39,059 nucleotides of DNA, taken from an uncultured Clostridia bacterium (GTDB lineage Bacteria; Bacillota; Clostridia; Lachnospirales; CALKRZ01). A program made the translations under genes and the position numbers. Within the stretch, counting starts at the first letter, position 1. Each line of letters starts with the position of its first letter. The notes under the pieces were generated by a model, which did no database searches, was not told where the DNA came from, and was given only the letters and a program-made list of their open reading frames with translations. The stretch spans positions 1-39,059 of the forward strand of contig CALKRZ010000001.1 in assembly GCA_937989765.1 (NCBI GenBank), read 5' to 3'. Below are positions 1 through 8,656 of the stretch, one piece after another.

Positions 1-10
1 GGAGGGTATT

Positions 11-1519
11 ATGGGACAAAACCAAAAAAATAACAAAAAAAAATCTCGTCAAGTACACATAGAGAAGTCACCTATAGAAATGTATTCCACAGAAAAGCAT
101 AGGGGAGCAAAACATACGGTAGATCATCCAGTCGTAGACAAGAATAAGACCAGAAAACACCCTATGAAAAAGAACTTGATAAATAGTAACATAAAAGAAT
201 TTGCAGGGCTTATCGCTGCAGTTATTTTGATAGTGGCAGTAGTGGCAGTGGGGATTCATCTAGCGACCCGGAAAAATGCCTATGCACTACAGCTTGGCGA
301 TCAACCACTGGGGATTATCAAAGAAGCCGCCGTGGCAGATGAGCTTTTTCGTACAGCAGTTACCCAGATCGAGCAGGAGATCGGCAATAAGATTCAGGTA
401 AAAAAAGAACTGTCTGGGAACCCTGTTCATGCATCCAAAAATAAACTTGTTACCAAGGAATATATGATCACGCAGATTCGTCAAAATATTACATATACAG
501 TAGAAGCCTATGCCCTACTGGTAGATGGAGTAGAGAAAGCAATTCTCCCTTCTATGGCGGAAGCCAATGCAGTATTAGATGAGGTACAACGGCAGTATAT
601 ACCAGAAGGAACCGTAGTAGAAGAAAAGAATTTTGTAGAAAAGGTAGATATTAAGCCTAAATTTGTTGAACAAGGCGTGATGATCTCTCAAAAAGAAGCC
701 ATCAAGATACTCACAGTAGGCACGGAGCAGCAGAAGCAGTACAAAGTACAGGCAGGAGATAGCTTGTGGGGTATTTCTTCGAATGCAGATATGACACTAG
801 ATGAACTCCTAAAGGCAAATCCAGCGCTGACAGAAAAGAGCATTTTAAAGATTGGACAAGAGATCAATCTGATCGTACCCAAGCCACTACTTTCTGTGCA
901 GACCAAAGAAAAAATCACCTATAAAGAAACAATCGAAAAACCAATAGAATATCGCAAAGATGAAAAACAATATAAAGACTATAAAAAGGTTATACAAAAA
1001 GGTAAACAGGGTGTAAAAGAAATCACGGCATATTTGCTTCGGACGAATGGTTACGAGGAAGGTGCCGAGATCCTATCCGAAAAGGTACTGGAAGAGCCAG
1101 TAACAGAGATCATCGTCGTAGGAACAAAGGCACTGCCAGCCAAACGAGCAACGGGGAGCTTTAGGAGACCTACAGGGGGACTCCTCACCTCGCGATACGG
1201 AAAAAGATGGGGTGCTATGCACTATGGGATTGACCTCGCATCACCTGTAGGGACACCGATCTTTGCGGCAGATGGCGGCAGAGTAGCTTTTGTTGGTTGG
1301 CAAGGAGGCTTTGGTAAGCTTGTGATCATTGATCACGGCAATGGCTTCTCCACGTACTATGGTCATGCCAGTCAGTTTTATGCCAAAGTGGGGCAAAAGG
1401 TGGCAAAAGGAGAAAAGATTGCGGCAGTAGGCAATACAGGACAGAGCACAGGGCCACATGTACACTTTGAGATCCGTAAAAATGGAACCCCTGTAAATCC
1501 ACTACAATATCTAAAGTAA
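11..1519 (+). CDS. Membrane-anchored peptidoglycan hydrolase with LysM, G5 and M23 (LytM-type) metallopeptidase domains
   Basis: GGAGGG RBS upstream of the ATG. One TM segment (LIAAVILIVAVVAVGI). LysM-like YKVQAGDSLWGIS...IGQEINLIVP. G5-like block ending VTEIIVVGTK. M23 motifs HYGIDLA and GPHVHFEIR. Confidence 0.9.
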   Translation: MGQNQKNNKKKSRQVHIEKSPIEMYSTEKHRGAKHTVDHPVVDKNKTRKHPMKKNLINSNIKEFAGLIAAVILIVAVVAVGIHLATRKNAYALQLGDQPLGIIKEAAVADELFRTAVTQIEQEIGNKIQVKKELSGNPVHASKNKLVTKEYMITQIRQNITYTVEAYALLVDGVEKAILPSMAEANAVLDEVQRQYIPEGTVVEEKNFVEKVDIKPKFVEQGVMISQKEAIKILTVGTEQQKQYKVQAGDSLWGISSNADMTLDELLKANPALTEKSILKIGQEINLIVPKPLLSVQTKEKITYKETIEKPIEYRKDEKQYKDYKKVIQKGKQGVKEITAYLLRTNGYEEGAEILSEKVLEEPVTEIIVVGTKALPAKRATGSFRRPTGGLLTSRYGKRWGAMHYGIDLASPVGTPIFAADGGRVAFVGWQGGFGKLVIIDHGNGFSTYYGHASQFYAKVGQKVAKGEKIAAVGNTGQSTGPHVHFEIRKNGTPVNPLQYLK

Positions 1520-1537
1520 TCTATAATAATCTAAAAT

Positions 1538-1701
1538 CTTTATAAAACATGCGGTGGCGAGGCAACTAGATGTATCTGGAAATAACTGCAGCCAAAGAGC
1601 GCGTCCCACAGTGTCAACGAAACTTCCCCTTTGTACAAGCGCGATTTTGAAGGTATTGGAAGATATATCTAGTTGCCTCGCTACATGATTTTTTTATAAA
1701 G
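1538..1701 (+). mobile_element. Family-1 foldback repeat, copy A (divergent, MITE-like)
   Basis: Lies between the M23 stop codon and its terminator. The 78-nt core (1575-1652) aligns with the cores at 14463-14539, 22686-22762 and 26331-26407 (rc). Arms GCGAGGCAACTAGATGTATCT / AGATATATCTAGTTGCCTCGC pair with each other. Outer ends are CTTTATAAAA / TTTTATAAAG. No clear target duplication. Confidence 0.6.
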
Positions 1702-1708
1702 TTGCACT

Positions 1709-1736
1709 CAAAGCCTTGATGATCAGGGCTTTTTTC
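1709..1736 (+). terminator. Rho-independent terminator of the M23 hydrolase gene
   Basis: AAAGCCTTGA..TCAGGGCTTT stem followed by a TTTTT run. Confidence 0.6.
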
Positions 1737-1824
1737 ATTGGAAAGATTCATATGCATCGCTTACGCATAATACAATATATATAGATCTCTAATTATTTGG
1801 GATGGATGAGTAGGAGCGGTGCGT

Positions 1825-2676
1825 ATGAAGATTATTATCTTGCAAAAGAAAAAGATATTCTTCTGGAATTTTGTGATCATCTTATTTTATCTGGCAGTGA
1901 ATGTGAACAGTGTCAATGCCTGTAGGAAGGTAGCGTATGATATCGGGCGCACAGTAGTAGAAAATAAGATCGTAAACAGTCTTTATGATTTTAAAGTCAG
2001 TAGGAGTATGCATACGATCGTGTATTATACCGAAGAGGATAATCAGTTTGTAAAAATGATTCAGGATTGTATAGATATATACTACCCTATTTTATGCAAG
2101 GATTTTGATATAGATCTGGCGAGATATGAAAAGATAGGGAAGGTAAATGTAATACTGTATTCTTCAGAGGATTCTTTAAGAGAGTCCTTGGGCATGAAGA
2201 AGGGAGAAGTACCTATGGGGGTATATTACGGCAATACTGTACACATTTTATCACCTCGGATTTGGACTGGCGGTAAAACCTATGAAGAAATCAGAGAAAA
2301 ATTTATGAGAGAGGGGCCTGTGGTTCACGAACTGACGCATTTGGTACTAGATCATAAGACGATGGGTAATTATCCTCTGTGGTTTACAGAGGGGGTCGCT
2401 TTATATTATGAGTATAAGCATACGGGTTTTGAATGGCGTAGGGATATGAAACAGCAGAGCAAAAATATTTGCATTGAAGCACTTCATAAAGAGTTTCATA
2501 GCTTGGATGAGAGGATATCTTATCGGAGAGCATTTGATTTGATCCACAGCCTAGTCAAAGTGCAGGGGGAAAAGAAACTACAGATGCTTATCGAACGACT
2601 GTCCAAAGGAGAGGCATTCCCTAAAGCATTTGAAAAAGAGTACGGGTTTTCTATGAAGAGTTTAGACGATTTCTGA
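1825..2676 (+). CDS. Membrane-anchored zinc metalloprotease, peptidase-MA (gluzincin)-like
   Basis: AGGAG lies 8 nt upstream of the ATG at 1825 (the track ORF starts at a GTG at 1819). N-terminal hydrophobic segment. HELTH (HExxH) followed by WFTEGVALYYE, the downstream Glu expected for MA-clan enzymes. Confidence 0.6.
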   Translation: MKIIILQKKKIFFWNFVIILFYLAVNVNSVNACRKVAYDIGRTVVENKIVNSLYDFKVSRSMHTIVYYTEEDNQFVKMIQDCIDIYYPILCKDFDIDLARYEKIGKVNVILYSSEDSLRESLGMKKGEVPMGVYYGNTVHILSPRIWTGGKTYEEIREKFMREGPVVHELTHLVLDHKTMGNYPLWFTEGVALYYEYKHTGFEWRRDMKQQSKNICIEALHKEFHSLDERISYRRAFDLIHSLVKVQGEKKLQMLIERLSKGEAFPKAFEKEYGFSMKSLDDF

Positions 2677-2727
2677 GGGTTGGATCTTTGTTTTACTACA
2701 TACTTTTTGGGAGATTCTAAGTTTTTA

Positions 2728-2756
2728 TGTACTAAACTAAGTTTTTTTGGTAAAAT
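2728..2756 (+). promoter_or_regulatory. Candidate walR promoter (extended -10)
   Basis: TGgTAAAAT at 2748-2756 with a weak -35 (TGTACT) 17 nt upstream. Two CTAAGTTTTT direct repeats (2717-2726 and 2737-2746) lie across it. Confidence 0.35.
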
Positions 2757-2808
2757 GGAAAAGAAAAGAAATAAAAAGTGAGATCTGTAGATAAAGTTGA
2801 GGTGTACT

Positions 2809-3513
2809 ATGGGAAAAAAAATATTAGTGGTCGATGATGAAAAGGCAATAGTAGATATATTGGTGTTTAACCTGAAAAAAGATGGATATGAAGTACTGGT
2901 AGCCTATGATGGAGAAGAGGCGCTACATATAGTTTTCGAAGAAGATCCAGATCTCGTGCTTTTAGACATTATGATGCCTAAGCTAGACGGGTTTCAAGTA
3001 TGCCGCAAAATACGAGAAAAAATGAATACACCCATTATTATGCTTACAGCCAGAGCGGAGGAAGTAGATAAGGTGCTAGGGTTAGAGCTTGGGGCAGATG
3101 ACTATGTCACAAAGCCCTTTGGAGTGAGGGAATTGATGGCAAGGGTGAAAGCGAACCTTCGGCGTACAGTACCCCAAGAAGAGTATGATATGGGGGATAA
3201 AAAAGAAAAAGAAAATACGCAGCGATTTGGAGAAATGGTGATTGACTCGGATAAATATGAAGTAAGAAAGCGCGGAGCAGTAGTAGAACTGACATTACGG
3301 GAGTTCGAACTCATGAAGTTTTTGGCATCCCAAAAATCTCAAATCTTTTCTAGAGAAGCACTGCTAGGGAAAGTATGGGGATATGAATATTATGGGGATG
3401 TACGGACTGTAGATGTAACGATCCGCCGCCTCCGAGAAAAGATTGAGGATGAACCGGGCAAGCCTTTATATATTTTGACCAAGCGGGGTGTAGGTTACTA
3501 CTTTAATGGATAA
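2809..3513 (+). CDS. walR: OmpR-family response regulator, WalR/YycF-like
   Basis: GAGGTG RBS upstream of the ATG at 2809. Receiver motifs [18 protein letters not shown] and KPF. Winged-helix C-terminus ...TKRGVGYYF. Followed by walK, yycH, yycI and walJ. Confidence 0.85.
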   Translation: MGKKILVVDDEKAIVDILVFNLKKDGYEVLVAYDGEEALHIVFEEDPDLVLLDIMMPKLDGFQVCRKIREKMNTPIIMLTARAEEVDKVLGLELGADDYVTKPFGVRELMARVKANLRRTVPQEEYDMGDKKEKENTQRFGEMVIDSDKYEVRKRGAVVELTLREFELMKFLASQKSQIFSREALLGKVWGYEYYGDVRTVDVTIRRLREKIEDEPGKPLYILTKRGVGYYFNG

Positions 3514-3525
3514 AAGAGGGACATC

Positions 3526-5409
3526 ATGAAAAGTATTCAATGGAAGCTTGTGGCTATTTATTTAACGCTGGTTTTTTTAGTTATGTTGGTGAGTGGTACG
3601 ATTATTGTAGTTCGTACAGCCCAAAATGACTATGATCGGGTAAGACGAGAGTTGCAAGTAGTCGTAAACCGTATTCAAAAAGATGGAATCGTGATGGAAA
3701 AAAATAATGAACATAAGAAAGTAAGTTTAGCGGAGGATATGAAAAATATCCCAGGGCTCTCCGGTTATCAAATCTATGTACTTGATCATATGGGGAATGT
3801 ATGGGACTCTACTGTAGCAACAGGCGATCAAGTAAAGTCATTTAGAGACCATATTGTCATACAGGCAGGGATCGGACAGGCGGCCTATGACAGACCCAGG
3901 AGAAAGTGGGATGGGGTAGGCCAGATTCGAAGAATGCTCAGTTATGCCTATCCAGTCATCAATGAAGGAGATCAGGTAGAGTATATCATTTATGTGAGCA
4001 CAGATATTGAGCGGATTCAGACCAATTTGCGGGATACCATAGAAATTATTTTGATGGCGTCGCTATTGGCTTTGATCTTTACCTGTGCCATAGGGTATGG
4101 ATTTGCCACCACGCTCACAGAACCTATTGCTACGCTGACCAGTAAAGCAAAACAAATGGCCCAAGGAAAATTAGAGCAACAAATTGTAGTAAAATCGAAT
4201 GATGAAATCGGACAACTTACAGAAACTTTTAATTATATGGCAGCAGAGCTTCATCAGACATTATCCACGATATCAAGTGAAAAAAACAAACTAGAGACAG
4301 TGCTTGCGCATATGGCAGATGGAATATTGGCGTTTGATGCAGAAGGCAGACTCATTCATGCCAATCCTTCTGCGCATCAAATACTAGGACTTGGTGAATT
4401 GTCTGGTGATTTTCACAGTTTATTCCAGAAGCTTGATATAGAACTAGAATTTTCACGGTTTTTCACAGAAGATGCGATAATCATCAAACAGCATATTCTA
4501 GTTATCGGCAAAAAGTATATCAATGCTCATTTTGCGCTCTATCAAAATGAGCATAAAAAGACAGAAGGTATGATCGTGGTGCTCCAAGATGTGACGGAGC
4601 AGAAAAAGCTAGAGGATATGCGAAAAGAGTTTGTGGCAAATGTATCTCATGAGCTAAGAACTCCTTTGACGACAGTTAAAAGTTATGCAGAAACATTATT
4701 AGAGGGTGCTTTGAATGAGCCAGATCTAGCCCTGCAATTTTTACAGGTGATCAATCATGAGGCAGATCGAATGACAGTACTCGTTCAGGATCTATTGCAG
4801 CTCTCTAGGCTTGACAATCAGCAGATTCAGTTTCATATGCAATCTGTACACCTACATCGGTTTTTGGAGGATATCGTTTCCAAACATCGTATTCACGCAG
4901 ACAAAAAGAGTCAGACGGTGTCCTATGTGCCACCCAGCAGTTTAGTAAAGGTAATGATAGATCCTGATCGGATTACCCAAGTGATGAGCAATGTGCTAAG
5001 CAATGCAGTGAAGTATAGCTTAGAGGCGGCGCATATAGAAGTTCGGGTTGAATTACCACCTGTTGGAGAACTCCCACTTGTGGGAGAACTCCCACAGGTG
5101 GGAGAACAACCTTTGAACGAACGCTATATAAAAGTCGTGGTAGAGGATACAGGAATGGGTATTCCAGAAGAGGATCTGCCTAGGATCTTTGAACGCTTTT
5201 ATCGAGTGGATAAAGCTAGATCCAGAGCTATGGGGGGGACGGGCCTGGGTCTTGCTATAGCCCGCGAGATCATGGAACTCCACGGAGGAAGTATTACAGT
5301 CAAGAGTATCTATGGAAAAGGTACGGTGATTACCCTGTGGTTTCCTGTTTTTACAGGGGAGCAAAAGCAAGATGAAATACTCGATATTTCTATAGAAGCA
5401 GTGGTGTAA
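3526..5409 (+). CDS. walK: Sensor histidine kinase, WalK/YycG-like (2 TM, HAMP, PAS, DHp, HATPase)
   Basis: Two TM segments flank a ~145-aa extracytoplasmic loop. HAMP-like region. H-box SHELRTPL, N-box NVLSNAVKYS, G1 DTGMGI, G2 GGTGLGLAI. Confidence 0.85.
   Translation: MKSIQWKLVAIYLTLVFLVMLVSGTIIVVRTAQNDYDRVRRELQVVVNRIQKDGIVMEKNNEHKKVSLAEDMKNIPGLSGYQIYVLDHMGNVWDSTVATGDQVKSFRDHIVIQAGIGQAAYDRPRRKWDGVGQIRRMLSYAYPVINEGDQVEYIIYVSTDIERIQTNLRDTIEIILMASLLALIFTCAIGYGFATTLTEPIATLTSKAKQMAQGKLEQQIVVKSNDEIGQLTETFNYMAAELHQTLSTISSEKNKLETVLAHMADGILAFDAEGRLIHANPSAHQILGLGELSGDFHSLFQKLDIELEFSRFFTEDAIIIKQHILVIGKKYINAHFALYQNEHKKTEGMIVVLQDVTEQKKLEDMRKEFVANVSHELRTPLTTVKSYAETLLEGALNEPDLALQFLQVINHEADRMTVLVQDLLQLSRLDNQQIQFHMQSVHLHRFLEDIVSKHRIHADKKSQTVSYVPPSSLVKVMIDPDRITQVMSNVLSNAVKYSLEAAHIEVRVELPPVGELPLVGELPQVGEQPLNERYIKVVVEDTGMGIPEEDLPRIFERFYRVDKARSRAMGGTGLGLAIAREIMELHGGSITVKSIYGKGTVITLWFPVFTGEQKQDEILDISIEAVV
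5056..5109 (+). repeat. In-frame 3 x 18-bp tandem repeat inside walK (PPVGEL / PLVGEL / PQVGEQ)
   Basis: The units CCACCTGTTGGAGAACTC, CCACTTGTGGGAGAACTC and CCACAGGTGGGAGAACAA are contiguous and in the walK frame, between the N-box and the G1 box. Confidence 0.9.
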
Positions 5410-5432
5410 ATGTAATTCAAACGTAAGTCGAT

Positions 5433-5449
5433 TGTAACATGATTGTAAT
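5433..5449 (+). promoter_or_regulatory. Perfect WalR-type direct-repeat box TGTAAC-N5-TGTAAT
   Basis: TGTAACatgatTGTAAT matches TGTWAH-N5-TGTWAH. It lies between the walK stop codon and the next gene. A half-degenerate box, TGTAATtcaaaCGTAAG, is at 5411-5427. Confidence 0.55.
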
Positions 5450-5456
5450 ATTTTTC

Positions 5457-5486
5457 TTGTATAATAGAGATACTAAAGTATATAAT
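5457..5486 (+). promoter_or_regulatory. Candidate internal promoter for the KE-rich gene
   Basis: TTGTAT (5457-5462), an 18-nt spacer, then TATAAT (5481-5486). An alternative TATAAT is at 5460-5465. Confidence 0.4.
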
Positions 5487-5532
5487 GAGTAAAACAAAAG
5501 TGAGTGACGTTTTTGAGAAAGGAGGAATTACT

Positions 5533-6222
5533 ATGAAGAAATGCTTTTATATAGGAATTATATTTTTTGTGGTTGCAGTATGCCCATCTATTGTATATGC
5601 TAATTCCACCTTGCCGGTAGAGATGGGCAGCCGAAATACTCTGATGGGTGCGACTCAAAACAAAGAAGAAAGAGAGATAAAGTCTCTTGGACCTAAAGCG
5701 GAAAAAGATAAAAAGGAATTAGAGAAAAAAGAGGTTGAAAGAGAAAGAATTGAAAAAGAAAAAGTTGAAAAAGAAAGAATTGAAAAAGAAAAAAACGAAA
5801 AATCTAAACAAGAAAGAATAGAAGAAACGGTCATCATAAACTTCTTAAATATCGTAAGCGGTTTGACTAAAGAGATAGATTCTACATTTGATACAGGAAG
5901 AACTATTTCAGGGATGACTACTTCAGGTACTGAAGTAACGATATATGTATATAAATCACAAGACAATAAAGAAAATTCTACTTCTTTAGTGGTAGGTGGT
6001 TCAGGGATCTTTCAACAAAACATTGAATTAGGTACAGGAGAAAATGTGATTCGTATTGTGGCAAAAAAAGAAAATAGTCAAACGATTGAGCGATCTTTTA
6101 CTGTTCGTCGTAAAGAAATTAAAATCAAGTTAGAATTAGAATCGGGAATTGTTCTGCCAGGGGAGGGAGTTATGAATCCCTCCGTACCTACTGGTATGAT
6201 CAAGACTCTCCCATTAAAATAA
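5533..6222 (+). CDS. Secreted protein with a Lys/Glu-rich repeat region and a C-terminal beta-rich (Ig-like?) domain
   Basis: AGGAGG RBS upstream of the ATG at 5533 (the track ORF starts earlier, at 5485). Signal peptide MKKCFYIGIIFFVVAVCPSIVYA. KE repeat KEVERERIEKEKVEKERIEKEK. No family recognised. Confidence 0.6.
   Translation: MKKCFYIGIIFFVVAVCPSIVYANSTLPVEMGSRNTLMGATQNKEEREIKSLGPKAEKDKKELEKKEVERERIEKEKVEKERIEKEKNEKSKQERIEETVIINFLNIVSGLTKEIDSTFDTGRTISGMTTSGTEVTIYVYKSQDNKENSTSLVVGGSGIFQQNIELGTGENVIRIVAKKENSQTIERSFTVRRKEIKIKLELESGIVLPGEGVMNPSVPTGMIKTLPLK
5734..5793 (+). repeat. 2 x 30-bp tandem repeat encoding VERERIEKEK / VEKERIEKEK
   Basis: GTTGAAAGAGAAAGAATTGAAAAAGAAAAA is followed directly by GTTGAAAAAGAAAGAATTGAAAAAGAAAAA (1 mismatch). 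Confidence 0.85.
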
Positions 6223-6226
6223 GTCA

Positions 6227-7648
6227 ATGGTGAGAAATATGAATACATCAAGAGTTAAAACATATTTGATTGTAGTATTAATGTGCTGTAGTATGTATCA
6301 AACAGGACAGTTATGGTTTGATGAAGTATCAGACCATAACTTTTTTTATACTGTTTTCGTAGATTCTTTTTTTTCTAAACCAGTATATAGTGAAACTGAA
6401 GATATGTATGTGTCAAAGCCTAAGCGAGTAATGACGATCAAAAACTTTGGAAATAAACAATATGTGGACTTGGGCTCTTTTTGGCAGGGAGAAGAACTGC
6501 GCGCAAAAGCAGAACAAGGTATAAAACAGGTTCTTCATAAAGGACAATATATGGAAACTGTGCATTTAGACTGGCGTGTGATACTCAGTCAAAAAGCCAT
6601 CGTATACCAGTATGGAATGGCAGTTGATATGAAAGCCTTTGCCAAGGAGTTTGAAGAAAATCCTAGAAAAATAGAAGATAAGATCAAAGAATTTGACCAA
6701 ATTGTTTTGATTCCTTCCCAGAATGTGACCAAAGAGCTACAGTGTTATTTTATAGATGAAAAGAATAATCAAGCGCATCGGGTTATGATCAAAAATGCCC
6801 GTATTACTAAAGAATTATACGAAAAAATGGATGCAATACAAAAGAATAAGGGTATAGAAGATATTATTTTATACAGTTCTACTAAACAGAATAATCTAGA
6901 TATATTTCATAAAAATATATTTTTACCAGATTTACATACAAGACCCTATATATATAAAGCAGTTGGGATTAAAGATCCCTTTATCAAAGATGGAGAACTG
7001 GATAAACAGTCTTTAGAGGATTTCGTAGATCCGTTTTTTGACAACCCTAGAGCCAAATGGTCAGGGAAAGATGCGGAAGGCAATTCTGTTTTTGCAGATG
7101 AATATACCATCATCAAGTATTATGCTACGGGCGTGGTGGAATACGATAATTATAGTATGAAGCAGGAACGGGCATATGGATCTCAGGATGAAGCCTATGG
7201 GGTTGTCCAAAGGTTTCTCAAAAACGATGTATTTGTAGGGGATCAATTTTATCTTGCGCAAGCCAAGCAAGAAAATGATGGATGGCAGTTTTACTTTAAT
7301 TTTTATATGGGAGAGTTTCCTTATATGATATCCGATGTATTGGCAAAAGAGGTAGGAATGGATCATGGACATGTGCTAGAGGTTTTTGTGCAGGGGAACC
7401 AAGTAAAACATTTTAAGCATTTTGTACGAACTACAGAAATGCTCTATACTGTACCAAAGACTGCAGAGGTAGATTTCTTTTCGGCGTTAGATGCAGTGAT
7501 TGCCAGAGAATTTCCTCAAGGTGTTGCTGAAATAAAGGTACAAGATACGTATCTTGCATATTACCAAGACCATTTATTGAAGTCTCCACAGCTCATGTGG
7601 ATGATTAGGATGGAGGATGGTTGGTATGGAGAATCAGCTGTTCGGTAA
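6227..7648 (+). CDS. yycH: YycH-like two-component regulatory protein (WalH)
   Basis: 473 aa with a single N-terminal TM (YLIVVLMCCSMYQTGQLWF). It occupies the position between walK and yycI, as in Bacillus-type wal operons. The assignment is mainly positional and architectural. Confidence 0.65.
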   Translation: MVRNMNTSRVKTYLIVVLMCCSMYQTGQLWFDEVSDHNFFYTVFVDSFFSKPVYSETEDMYVSKPKRVMTIKNFGNKQYVDLGSFWQGEELRAKAEQGIKQVLHKGQYMETVHLDWRVILSQKAIVYQYGMAVDMKAFAKEFEENPRKIEDKIKEFDQIVLIPSQNVTKELQCYFIDEKNNQAHRVMIKNARITKELYEKMDAIQKNKGIEDIILYSSTKQNNLDIFHKNIFLPDLHTRPYIYKAVGIKDPFIKDGELDKQSLEDFVDPFFDNPRAKWSGKDAEGNSVFADEYTIIKYYATGVVEYDNYSMKQERAYGSQDEAYGVVQRFLKNDVFVGDQFYLAQAKQENDGWQFYFNFYMGEFPYMISDVLAKEVGMDHGHVLEVFVQGNQVKHFKHFVRTTEMLYTVPKTAEVDFFSALDAVIAREFPQGVAEIKVQDTYLAYYQDHLLKSPQLMWMIRMEDGWYGESAVR

Positions 7649-7666
7649 AAGGAATGAGGCTTTGCT

Positions 7667-8527
7667 ATGAATTGGTCAAAGGCAAAAAATATAGCGATAT
7701 TTATATTTATACTGATAAATATCATATTGGCTTTAATGAACCATCTAAAGATGCAACGGGTGTATAGTGTATCTGCTGTACAGGAGAGTGCCATCATGAA
7801 AGTTCTCGCAGAGCATAATATCATGCTGTATGATATTATGCCCCAAAGTTTTGTCCCTATGAGTAAACTTATCGTACTTCCAGCTGGAGAAATCAATGTA
7901 GAAGAACTGGCTCATAGGGTATTTGGTTCAGGCACAGGGCTTCAAAAATTATCCCAAAAGGAAATCATTACGCTGCAGAAAGACCATGAAACACTTCGAA
8001 TAAATCATCAAACGGGAAAAATTATTTATATCAATGAAAAGGGTTTATATCCTTTGGATGGGTGGAGTAAAGAAGAGGCTCAAAAATCAGCGGATCATTT
8101 TGTCCGACAGATCGGATATAATTTCCCGAAAATGAAGCTGGATGCCATACGGGAAGACAAAGGACATTTTTTACTAGAGTATCATGAAGTATATAAGGGT
8201 GAGGTGCTGTTTAATAGTTATATCAAACTAAAGCTTACCCCCAAAGGGATTATAGAAGCAAGGGTGTATAGAAGTAAGCCCCAATATTTTACAGACCATC
8301 CTCGGGAAATCTGTTCTGGAGATGAAGCTTTATTTACGTTTGTTCATGCTATGAAAGCCAAGGGTGTACGGGAATCCATAAAAATCGAATCTATGGATTT
8401 GGGATATGATCTAGAAGAAGCAGAGCAGCTTTATGTAGGAGGCAAAGCAGTTCCACATTATCGTATTATTGTAGCTGGAGAGGAAAAACCCTATTTGATC
8501 AATGCATATACCAATGAGATAAAATAG
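7667..8527 (+). CDS. yycI: YycI-like two-component regulatory protein (WalI)
   Basis: 286 aa. The N-terminus MNWSKAKNIAIFIFILINIILAL is typical of YycI. It follows yycH. Confidence 0.65.
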   Translation: MNWSKAKNIAIFIFILINIILALMNHLKMQRVYSVSAVQESAIMKVLAEHNIMLYDIMPQSFVPMSKLIVLPAGEINVEELAHRVFGSGTGLQKLSQKEIITLQKDHETLRINHQTGKIIYINEKGLYPLDGWSKEEAQKSADHFVRQIGYNFPKMKLDAIREDKGHFLLEYHEVYKGEVLFNSYIKLKLTPKGIIEARVYRSKPQYFTDHPREICSGDEALFTFVHAMKAKGVRESIKIESMDLGYDLEEAEQLYVGGKAVPHYRIIVAGEEKPYLINAYTNEIK

Positions 8528-8555
8528 GCATATCGACCCGATATGTCTATTTTCT
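8528..8555 (+). terminator. Rho-independent terminator after yycI
   Basis: CATATCG-acc-CGATATG stem followed by TCTATTTTCT. Confidence 0.55.
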
Positions 8556-8586
8556 ATAGAAACTACTTTAATATTATAGGTATAGA

Positions 8587-8595
8587 TGCTATAAT
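8587..8595 (+). promoter_or_regulatory. Extended -10 element (TGcTATAAT) upstream of murA
   Basis: TGCTATAAT lies about 60 nt upstream of the murA ATG and directly after the yycI terminator. Confidence 0.45.
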
Positions 8596-8656
8596 AAAAT
8601 AAACTATGCCTAAGGCTAGGTTAAAAATAATTATACGGTGACGAAGAGGTGCAAGG

